The notes beneath the pieces are model-generated. The model made no database searches, was not told the DNA's origin, and worked only from the letters and a program-made list of their open reading frames with translations. The translations under genes and the position numbers were made by a program. From positions 1 to 64,000 of the forward strand of contig JAMDHS010000103.1 of NCBI GenBank assembly GCA_029717555.1: a stretch of DNA of 64,000 nucleotides, written 5' to 3'. Position 1 is the stretch's first letter; each line of letters starts with the position of its first letter. This DNA is from Peribolospora baueri (lineage: Eukaryota). Positions 43,003 through 52,699 of the stretch are shown here, piece by piece.

Positions 43003-43438
43003 CTGGGGCGTTTAGCCGCCATTATGCTCGTTCTCCCACTTCTTCTCCAGGAGAAGGAGGAATGGGCGAGACTCGTCTGAGCTTTCGCAACGCGACGGGG
43101 TTGACGTAATTCGACGCGGACACTCTAGGTTCTGTGGGCGACCGGATAGGCTGCGGAGACTCGTTCGCGTACCCGTAGAACGTGCGCGGGTTGTCGAGCG
43201 GAGCGACGGAGCCGAATTTGGTGATTTGGGGCGAGGACGAGACGGATTAGCTGGGGCGTTTAGCCGCCACTATGCTCGTTCTCCCACTTCTTCCTCTCCA
43301 TGAGAAGGAGGAAGGTGCTGAGCTTTCGCAACGCGACGGGGTTGACGTAATTCGATGCGGACACTCTGGGTTTCTGTGAGCGAACGGGATGGGCGACGGA
43401 GACTCGTTGGGCGTAGCCGTAGAACGGGGCGCCGGTTG
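42918..43438 (+). repeat. Diverged tandem duplication (period 275 bp) of the NAD-kinase C-terminal codons plus 3'UTR
   Basis: gtcgagcggagcgacgga starts at both 42918 and 43193; shared blocks tagctggggcgtttagccgcca and gagctttcgcaacgcgacggggttgacgtaattcga. Confidence 0.9.
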
Positions 43439-44268
43439 TTTCATGCAAGACTCGTTCCAAGACTCGTTCATACATACTCGCCTTGTAGCATTCGCTCTGT
43501 TCCTCCTTTCCGTTTCCGTGTCACTCGGGGTTTGGTGCCGTCCTTCCCTGTGATCGTAGTCTACACGGTGTCTACACGGTGTCTGTCACCGAATTCAGCA
43601 ATCGTTCCATGGCTCGCTTCTTGTTAGCGACGTACATACGAATCCGTGCGAGATCACTTTAGCCGCGTCTCGACTTAGTGCACGTTCATCATTCCCTTCT
43701 ACTGTACCTTCTTCCGTCCCCGCTCCACGGCTTCAAGTCGTACCCGCTCGCTTCCACGTTCCGTACCGCAACATCCGCGCCCCTTCCCCGTTCCCCGCTG
43801 ATCAGCATACTGTACTCCCCTTGGAGTCCCCATGGAGCGCCACATCCGGGGCCGGTTTCCGTTTTTGAAAAGTTCCATGGGATGGAAGGTAAGTACATAG
43901 CGAGGTGAGGACAAAGTCGGGACTGCAAGTTGTTGTCCTCGAGCAAGAAGGTAAGCAAGGTACAATCGCCCATGCTTGCCTGCCTGCCTGCCGGACCGGC
44001 CGGCCGGAGTCCGGACCAGGTGATACGGTAGTCACCGGCGTCAACCCGCCTTTGCCTTCTGTCCGGGTCAGAGGGATAGGAGGATAATAAAATAATGAGA
44101 GGAACGTCGGTCTGCCTTCGACCTCTTTCCTTTCCTTTCCCCCTCGTCTCCATTCCGCCTCTCCTCGCCGTCCTACCCCCCGCCCCTTTCCTCCCGTCCT
44201 CCTCCTTCTTCTTCCTTCTAAGCCCAGAAATCCCCCTCCTCTCATTTCCCACGGCTCGACGACACACA

Positions 44269-47131
44269 ATGTCCGGGAAAGCCCAGCAGGCGTGGTCCGA
44301 TGACCAGAAAGCGTCTCCAGTCACACACGTGGAGCGATCAGACGACATCGCATCCGCCAAGGCTGACGCCGCCGACTTGGCCCCGGATGTGGATGCTACG
44401 GGTATGGCAGCGGACGCGGACATTGGGGCGTTGGAGGAGAGGCAGATGAAGGAGAGGCGGCTGGTGAGGAAAATCGACATGAGGCTTTTGCCTATTCTTG
44501 TCATCAGTGAGTGTAACGTCGGGGCACCAGGGAGAAGGACATGTGCGCTCGCTCGCCATCTCCGTAGCACAGGACTGAACAGTCAAAAAAAAATCCTTTC
44601 GCCTTTTGGCATCTTGCGCTCGCAGTCTATATCCTCAACTAGTGAGCACCGTAACCGTCGTCCGAGACGAGTTCCCAGTTCTCGTCGTTGCTGAGCATGG
44701 ACGGCTAACGGCTTTGTTCGTCCTCGTGCCCATCCTTCCTTCCGGGTTTCTCAGCTTGGACCGAAACAATGCCAGCGCAGCCGTGGGTGATCTTTATTCT
44801 TCTTCCACACTTGTGTCACTCCAAGTTGGCTAACTCGTCCTTCCCCGCCTCCCACCGTGCTCCTCAGAGACTCAAGGGCCTAGAAGCCGATCTGCATCTC
44901 GTGGAAGCCAAGAACCAGTATGAGACTGGCTTGTCCATCCTTTACGTTGGTTACAGTGAGCTATTCTCCTTTTCTCCGTCGGTTTAGCCTCTTTCTTCCC
45001 AAAGTTTGACTGGCCTCCTCCTTTGCTTGCTCTGCTACCTCACCCCCACAGTCTTGATGCAGATGTGAGATTGAGCTTGCCCTCCTTCGCTCTTGGACCG
45101 CTTACTCATAATGACTTTCTCCTGCACTTCAATACAGTCCTTCCAATCTCTTCCTTGCCAAGACTGGCAAGCCGTCTCTCTACCTTCCTGCCTGTGTGTC
45201 AGTAGGACGCTCGCCTTTTTCTGCCGCTTCTTTAACTCTACGAAGAGCTGACGTGGAGGTCAATCCAAACCCTTCCCTTCTTCGTCCATCTCACGAACCC
45301 AGTGTCGTCTGGGGAACCATCTCCGCTCTCACGGCCATCACTAAGAACTTCCGCGACCTCGTTCTCGTGCGCTTCTTCCTTGGTTTTGCCGAGGCTGCCT
45401 TCTTCCCCGGAGCGCTCTTCTTGATGTCCAAATGGTGGGTTCCTATGCCCTTTTCTTGCTCCTGTCTGCGGGCCCAAGCGGTACAGCGAACTCCTGAGCC
45501 TAACCAGACTCTGGTCGCCGGCGTCTCCCACGCCGGGCTAATGTTACAGGTACACAAAAAAGGAACTGGCAACCCGTAACGCGTTCTTGTACTCCGGCTC
45601 TATCATCTCTAACGCCTTTGGAGGTCTCATCGCCTCCGGTATCCTTGGTACCATGGAAGGGAAAAGGGGAATAAGGGCATGGCGGTGGTTGTTCATCATC
45701 GAGGGTGAGGAAAACGAATCCTTTTTTTTTTTTCTTCGAGTTTATCCCCTTCCGCTCATCCTGTCTCTCCGCCCACTCCCCTCGCCGTCCATCAGGCAGC
45801 ATCTCCGTCGCAGTCGCGCTCATCGCCATATTCATCCTGCCCGACTTCCCCGAGACGTCCAAGTTTCTGACTCCCGAAGAGAGGGAGCTCGCCCAGCGAC
45901 GCCTCGCCGAAGACGTCGGAGAGATTGACACGCCGGAGAACGGACAGCAAGGAGGCGGGGGCGTCTGGGAAGGCTTCTGCTTGGCGATGGCTGAGTGAGT
46001 TTTGGAGCTTGTATCTGATTGCGCAACGTCACAGAGGTCATACATATTCTTGGAGATCACGTTACTGACGATAGACTGACCTATGGCCATCTCTCGTACA
46101 CCAGCCCAAAGACCTGGGTTCTCGCGTTCATGCTCACGGTGTGTATGGACGGCTCACCTCTCCTCCTCATGCGTACACACATCCTCATCCGTCCTCACCT
46201 TCGCCACCTCCTCTAGGCCTCGGTCACCGGCTTGGCCTTCAACGCTTTCTTCCCGACCATCGTGGGCACTCTTGGCTACAAGTCTACAACGATCACCCTT
46301 TTGCTCACCGTGCCTCCCTGGTTCTGGGCCTGGCTCGTCGTCCTCTTCAACGCCATCCACGCCGACAAGACCGGCGAGCGCATGGTTCACGTCGTATGGC
46401 CCCACGCGCTCGGCATCGTGGGCTTCATCATCGGTAGCGCGACGCAGAACACTGGGGCGAGGTACCTTTCCATGTGAGTGTGGCCGGCGCCTGGCTGCGA
46501 CGCTCGGACACGCCATATCTCCATCGTCTGCTCTTCGGAAATGGAAAATAACTTAACTTCTCGTCCCTTTCCTTGATGTGGCTACCCTACTCCCCCACCC
46601 TCCCCCCCTTGGGGCCCAAAAGGTTCATCATGGCCTCTTCCTATGCGGTGAGGGAGCATATTTCTGCACAAAAGACCCCCACATGGAATGCGCTGACCCG
46701 TATCGTACCCACTTCATCGCAGGGCTTCGTGGTAATTTTGACCTGGATTAGCAACTCGATGCCCCGGCCGCCGTACAAGCGAGCGGTCGCCATCGCCTTT
46801 GTCAACGCCTTCAGTCAGCTGGGCAACGTGGCCGGCTCGTACGTCTGGCCGACCATGTGGGGTCCCACCGTGAGTTGTCCTGTCCGTCGCTGGTTCCCCG
46901 TCCTCCTTCGAGAACGAAATGGCAAATCTGACGCTCCTCTTTTGGCTCGTCGTCATCTGCCCATGCATATAGTACGTCTACTCGCAGGCCATCTCCATCT
47001 CCTGCTTTGGCGTCGCCATTATTCTCGCCATCGCCTACCGCTTCTACCTCCAGCGCCTCAATAAGCGCCTCGATGAGGGAGAAGACGCCAATGCTCTCGA
47101 GAAGCGCAAGGGCTTCCGATACCTTGTTTGA
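44269..47131 (+). CDS. MFS transporter, anion:cation symporter (Dal5/Tna1-like) family, ~14 exons
   Basis: Spliced product: ERRLVRKIDMRLLP...YILNYLDRNN, LMQIPSN, RFFLGFAEAAFFPG, WYTKKELATR, AWRWLFIIEG, LPDFPET, ...GFRYLV*. Confidence 0.93.
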
Positions 47132-47522
47132 GAGACGCCTCCAGGTGTCCGCTCGGCCCAGTTGGAGGGGTCCGCGGCTTGGAGCAATTTGGGGCAATGG
47201 ACTATGCGTCCGAGACCTGCAAATACGCTTTCGTTTCACCTTCACGCCGCATCTTCTCTTTTAACGCTTGCATGACCGGTAGCTGAACCTCGACCTCCTT
47301 CATTTCTCTCCGGAGACGTGGTAAACCTTCCTCTTTCAGCGACGTCCCGAGACGCCCCTCCCCACCTAATTTGTAGCGACGGCTTTCGTTCCGAGACGAG
47401 GAGACCGGACATGCTCGTAGAGGAGATATAGGTGGCTCTGCGACGTGTGAACATTAATTGCGAGTCCAAAGGAATGGAACGGAATGAACCGTCGCTTCTA
47501 GCCAAACGCTTGCTGGGGACGT

Positions 47523-47825
47523 TCGGCCCACCTAGCACACGTGCGCGATGGAAAGGATGAAGAGATGACCGGAAGCCCCTACTTGGTCGGACCGGCGACG
47601 ACGGACGAGTTCAAAGAGTTTGCCTCTCGCACTTAGGGAAAGTGTTGGGCCCACGGGTAGCGAAGACGGCAACGTCTACGTCTTCGGCGACCCATCCGGT
47701 CCACCACGCCCGTGCCGTTGCGGTCATCAACGACCTCATTGAAAGGCCCATTCTCCGGATGGCCGAGGCTAGGACCGGAGAAGATCATCTCCCCGAAGAA
47801 TTCATCGTCTACACATCTGAGAATG
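47523..47825 (+). pseudogene. Truncated, degenerate duplicate of the Uma2-like nuclease gene at 50708
   Basis: Collinear with 50794-51085 (e.g. ggaccggcgacgacggacga, tctacgtcttcggcgacccatccggtccac); carries an in-frame TAG and indels; lacks promoter and start. Confidence 0.9.
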
Positions 47826-48035
47826 GGGCCTTCATCGTGTTAACACCATTTTCATTCTCAGGTGTGCAGGTGTGTAGACGATGTTAACACAATGAAGGCA
47901 CCATTCTCAGATGTGTAGACGATGAATTCTTCGGGGAGATGATCTTCTCCGGTCCTAGCCTCGGCCATCCGGAGAATGGGCCTTTCAATGAGGTCGTTGA
48001 TGACCGCAACGGCACGGGCGTGGTGGACCGGATGG
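47692..48035. repeat. Long inverted repeat (fold-back): 154-bp arms, 36-nt spacer
   Basis: 47692-47845 is the reverse complement of 47882-48035 with only two mismatches, both near the loop. Confidence 0.97.
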
Positions 48036-48332
48036 TGTGGTGGAAGCGAACTGGGAGTAGAACGGAGGCTAGCTAGATTGATTTGGAGGTGGAGGCTTTT
48101 TCTTGGGGATGCCTCGGTGGCTCGCCCTTATATACACGTGAGTTCGAGGGAGAAACGAGCCGAAGGGGAAGGAATGGAAATGAGCCGAAGGGGTCAGGAG
48201 GAAACGAAATACGGGCTAGGATGAGTCACATGTACCAGTACATGTGAGTACGTAAGAGGAACAAGGGGGGTATGCACGAACACGTGTATATCATGATGAG
48301 GAATACATTTGGGGCGTATGTATGCCACAACA
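48036..48332 (-). mobile_element. 3' LTR (297 bp) of a Ty3/gypsy element
   Basis: Minus-strand termini TGTTGTGG...CCACCACA (TG...CA, 7/8 inverted); preceded by a short purine tract GGGGGAA; internal TATATAA at 48134-48128. Confidence 0.82.
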
Positions 48333-50161
48333 GATTCCCCCGGCCAAAAAAAAAAAAAAGAGAAAAGAAAAGAAAAATGGGGTTAGCATAGGAAATGAGG
48401 GGCACAGCCAGGGGCATCCGGGGCGAGTAGGGATCGTGGAGACGGTTTGCGCTTCTGTTATAAGAAGGCGTCGAGAAGTTGAGGGGCAGCGGCGCGGAGG
48501 CGATCTTCGCTAACCCAAATGTCAGAAGAGGAGTAGTCGTCGGAGCGAACGAGGTATTGAAGGGAATCGCGGTGAGTACGCTCACTGACGACCGCAGTGA
48601 TACGAGAATCGATGTCGAGAGGGGGTGTTTCGGGAGGTGGGAGATTGTGGGATCGCGTTGGGAAATAGCTGGTTCGAGGTGTTCGGAAGTGATGACCGGG
48701 TGAATCTTGCGGTGCCTAGGGAGGTCGAAGAGATAAGCATAAGGGCCGACTTTGCGGATGACTTCGTAGGGTCCGTCACGCTGGCGTCCAATCTTCGTAG
48801 AGGGTTGGGAGAGTGGGTTGAAACGGTAGCCGTCCGGCGAGATACGGATGTAGACCTTGTCGCCGGGGTTGAGGTTCAGAGGAAGACGGCGTTTGTTAGA
48901 GGTCAGTGGTATTCTCCTCAACCTCCCTTCGCGCCGCAAGATTCACCCCGTCATCACTTCCGAACAGTGAGTGTAGACCGTCGCCCTGTCACGATCGTCA
49001 GGATACACAGAGTCTGGTAGAACCTTTTTGTTACATCCAGTGACGTCTGCCAATGGCAGCCTGTTACGGCAGCACGGATGTCGTCCTGACGCGGTAGGGG
49101 TATGGGATAAGATCGGTGAGTTTGTTCAGTCCGCGTAGGTCGACAACAAAGTTCCCGAGACCAAGGCGGAAAATGTCTCGGAACTCAGCAATTTAGCGTC
49201 TCAAGCTTGCGGATCTCCTCCGAGAGATGTCATCGGTGCGGTCGATGTCAACGGCACGATAACGCACCTCCGTCGGTATCAACGAGATTGGAAGCAGCGT
49301 TTGCACGTCCCGAGGGGGAACGTTTAGGGCAGAGGAAGTTCCAGTGGTCACCTCCGCAGAAGCGGCATTTGCTAGGAGGCTTCCGACCCATGGAAGAGGG
49401 ACCGCTGTTGCTCTGGGGGTTGGGTGGTGCCGAGACCACGGGTTGGAGATTCGTCCGCCGCATCCCACTTGCTACCGGCTGATTGGCTCGTCGGTAACGA
49501 GCCCATAGCTGGCGTGCCACCGGTTCCTGTGATTTGGCGATGAGGCGAAATTCCTCAGGATCACCGCGAACCAGATGGCGGTGAACCATGCCCTGGAGTT
49601 CCAGGGGGAATACCTTCCCACAGGTTCTCGACGATCACGGCGTTGTCGTGGATGCCGGCGTCGTGGAGGAGACGGACCTTAGTCTCGTGGAACTGATCGT
49701 AAGAACGACCGTCCTCAAAGCGAAAGCGCTGATTTTACTTCGGCAACTGGCATTGTGAAGCGCTGCCGAAGAGCAGTCCTCCAGAGCTCGGTAGAGGTGT
49801 GCATCCGCTGCCTCTCCGCTAGGGGAATGTTAGCATACCAGTTGACATCTGTATTCCCCTAAAGGCGAGGTGTATGTCACTCCTCGCCATATGCCACCGT
49901 AGCTCCGCCGTGGAGATTCGCAAGCTCGATGATCCGGTCTATGAATACAGTCACGGACGGGGAGCTTGCATGTCGGGCTTGAAGCCAAGTTGCGAGCCGA
50001 GCGGACGGACATCAGCCGTGGGGGCTGGCGCCGCATGTGGAAGACGCTTGCGTTCGACGGTATATCGCATCGTGCTGCGCTGTGCTTGGCTCTGAGGGTC
50101 GGCCGTGTGTTTGTTGGTCCGAGAGGAATCAGAAGGCGTTGCAGGAAAACCATTCGGACGG

Positions 50162-50299
50162 GCAAGATGAATATTCGACAACTCAAGATTACTGTTTGGG
50201 TAAGCAAGATAAATATTCGACAACACTCAAGATTAATGTTTGAGTAAGCAAGATAAGATGAATGTTCGACAACTCAAGATTAATGTTCGGGTAAGCAAG
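50162..50299. repeat. Three tandem copies of a 42-47 bp unit upstream of gag
   Basis: Unit approximately gcaagatgaatattcgacaactcaagattaatgtttgggtaa, starting at 50162, 50204 and 50248; no spacers. Confidence 0.92.
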
Positions 50300-50321
50300 T
50301 TCTGCAGACGTCGTTATGTTA

Positions 50322-50443
50322 GTATGGGACGAGTGGGACAAGAAATAACTGAACCCGTGCTCACCTTGGCATACTAGGGAAATAACGGCGGAACAGTAGG
50401 GATGAAAAGGAGTGAAACGGTCGCACCTGTGGGTGTCCCATTG
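50322..50443 (-). pseudogene. Duplicated fragment (part of exon 3 plus intron donor) of the DUF6533-type gene
   Basis: Direct repeat of 54224-54345 (gtatgggacgagtg...gggtgtcccattg) with a few substitutions. Confidence 0.92.
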
Positions 50444-50635
50444 CTGGGGACGTTTTGAGAACAAGTTGAGCGGCTACGACGCCGTGACACGGGGCGTGAC
50501 CCGATTCGCCTCAGTATCCTTCTTGCGTCCTTCCTCCCACCAAATCGTTCTTGCCTTCGCCGCGTTTATTTTCTGTCTCACTTTCCGGTAGGGGCGTCCA
50601 AAGGTATCTGAGGCAGACATGACAAATCGGGAGCC

Positions 50636-50643
50636 TATAAATA
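50636..50643 (+). promoter_or_regulatory. TATA box of the Uma2-like gene
   Basis: TATAAATA about 70 nt upstream of ATG 50708. Confidence 0.55.
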
Positions 50644-50707
50644 AGGGGCTCTGACGCCTCCCCGTTCGAATTCCGACAGCACCTTGTCCCTTTCCCCTCC
50701 CCATTCG

Positions 50708-52133
50708 ATGCCGTCTTCTCGTTCCCAGAGGCGCCCAGCCCTCCTTCATGGCGACAAGCTCGATCAGCTCATGGAGGGGTACAAGCGAGCTACTCGGGCC
50801 CACCGAACGGACGTGCACGATGGAGAGACCGGAGGTCCCTACTTCGTTGGACCGGCGACGACGGACGAACTCGAAGAGTTTGCCTCATCGCACTGAGGGA
50901 AAGTGTTGGGCCCTCGGGTACGAAGATGGCAACATCTACGTCTTCGGCGACCCATCCGGTCCACACGCCCGTGTCGTTGCGGTCATCAACGACCTCGTTG
51001 AAAGGCACATTCTCCGGATGGCCAAGGATAGGACCGGATTGGACCATCTCCCCGAAGAATTCGTCGTCTACACACTGACGCGATGGTGAGGGGCTATAAT
51101 GGCATCCCTTCAGCTCGGAAGGAGCCAGATGGTGCTTGGTCGCCTGCCTACGCCAACCACGACGAGGTGAGGGTGATGCATATGTCCTCTCTGACGTCGA
51201 GCAACGCTGCTGGCGAGTTATTCGAAGGCGGAGCACTGATCGACTGGCGTTTTCGGCACTGGCTCGATGGTAGAGCCCTCATGTCGTGTTGGAAGTCGCC
51301 TACAACAACGAGTCTACCCAGGTCCTTCTCGAGGAGACGGTGAAGTGGGTGGCTGTCCCGTCCGTTCGCTTCGCCATCGGCGTGAGAATTAAATGGGTGA
51401 GTTGAACAGAGAAGCCCTGGCAACCGTCATCCTCATCATCACCATCACCGATTCCGGCTCCGTGCCACCTGTATGGCGTTTCATCTCTGTTTCTCTCACA
51501 CTCACATTCCATTCCATTTCCACTTGTTTCCAACCGTTTGCCTTCTTTCCCAAATAGCGCCGAGACGCTCCGCTGGACCCCGACCTGTACTTGTTCCTCC
51601 TGGCCTCCCGCTCGGCCCAGATCCTCGGGATCAGCTTTGGACGAGGGACGGGAATTAAGATTCCCCACAGCTGCAGCGCCTTGTCCCATCCGCGGCATCG
51701 GATCAGATGAGTGATGGAGACGGCGGACAGCGGTGCGCTTCGGCCATGGCCATATTCAGCAGGGTTCAGGCGCCTTTGGTAAATCAGCCCGGCATCACGA
51801 CACGCGTTGAATCTGACGCTTTGTTTCTTGCTGGGCTCTTGTCAGGGCTATCAAGTCGTGCAAGCTGATCCGAGTCAAGCACAACTGCCACGGTCCGCCA
51901 TCTTCCCCTCGCCCGACCTTGCGCCAGAGTGGTTGACACCGGGTGACCTTGACGGGATGATCGACCTTGACCTTGGGCGCCTTCGCTATGCTGTCGTACG
52001 CGCAATCTGCGACGAGCGTGTCCTCCTCCCGCCCTCACCTGCTTCCCTTCCGCCGATTCGTTCCCCGTCTGGCTCTGGTCGACAACTGGCGCTCCGTAGT
52101 CGCATTCTTGCTCTTCTCCGTCGCATCGGCTAA
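50708..52133 (+). pseudogene. Uma2-like PD-(D/E)xK restriction-endonuclease-fold protein, frameshifted, intron-containing
   Basis: Reconstructed ...GDPSGPHARVVAVIN...ARKEPDGAW...NHDE|SPHVVLEVAYNNESTQVLLEETVKWVAVPSVRFAIGVRIKW. The P-x-x-x-H, EPD and P-x-V-V-L-E-V-A-Y pattern is typical of Uma2/DUF820-like nucleases. A +1 indel at ~50887 and a -1 indel at ~51074 disrupt it. 3' exons are uncertain. Confidence 0.7.
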
Positions 52134-52699
52134 ACGTGTGCCTCCTGAGGACCTCGCCTTCTCCTTATGCTCTCCTTTTTTCTACTATCTCCCTTCATCC
52201 CCTTTCTTATTGTAGGTCGATAAGAATATGTGGACATTGACACGTTCCCTAATGTACTGTACTTCCCGACCCTCCTGTCTAATAGCGGTTTCTCTCCTTC
52301 CTTCCGTCCTCCACCGCCTTTCGTCGCTTTTGTAGCCGCACTCCCAATGTATCCACATACAGTACCTTCCGGACCCTACCGCGTCCACCTTCCCCTCCTC
52401 CCCGTGATCCTAGCTTCTTACACCCTGACATTTTGCTCGCGACGTGATTATTAACTCATTCTCTAGCCTTGGCTTCTGAAAGGCCTTCAACCACTCAAGA
52501 AACTGTACCATCCGCCTTCCTCTTCCAAAACTCCGGAGCTCTCCTCTTTGGACGAGGGGGGGAGATGGACTTCAACGTTACAGTCCGCAATGATACAATA
52601 AACAAAAAGAAGCCAGTGTCGATTTATAAGAGACAAAGAGAAGGGTATCGAGTCGCGAAAGGGCAGGCGGGACAAGGAGTGGGCTCGCCTCCAGGGCCT

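Larger units (their letters stand above)
48036..50299 (-). mobile_element. Degenerate, internally deleted Ty3/gypsy chromovirus-like retrotransposon lacking its 5' LTR
   Basis: Minus strand in order: gag remnants (VTVFIDRIIELA; NWYANIP...WRTALRQRF; knuckle CRFCGGDHWNFLC); RT N-terminal remnant (VVDLRGLNKLT...YP/PRQDDI...SLDVTKRFYQ); integrase C-terminal GPY/F domain (GDKVYI...KIGRQRDGPYEVIRKVGPYAYLFDLP...IHPV); chromodomain-like (LQYLVRSDDYSSSDIWVSE); purine tract; LTR. Confidence 0.9.

Noticed and set aside
49822..49888. TGGTATG 'primer-binding site' and two small hairpins
   Set aside because: Falls within the degenerate gag frame (NWYANIP) and has no adjacent LTR.
50162..50299. Possible CRISPR-like array
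   Set aside because: Units are directly adjacent with no unique spacers, no cas genes are present, and the context is eukaryotic.
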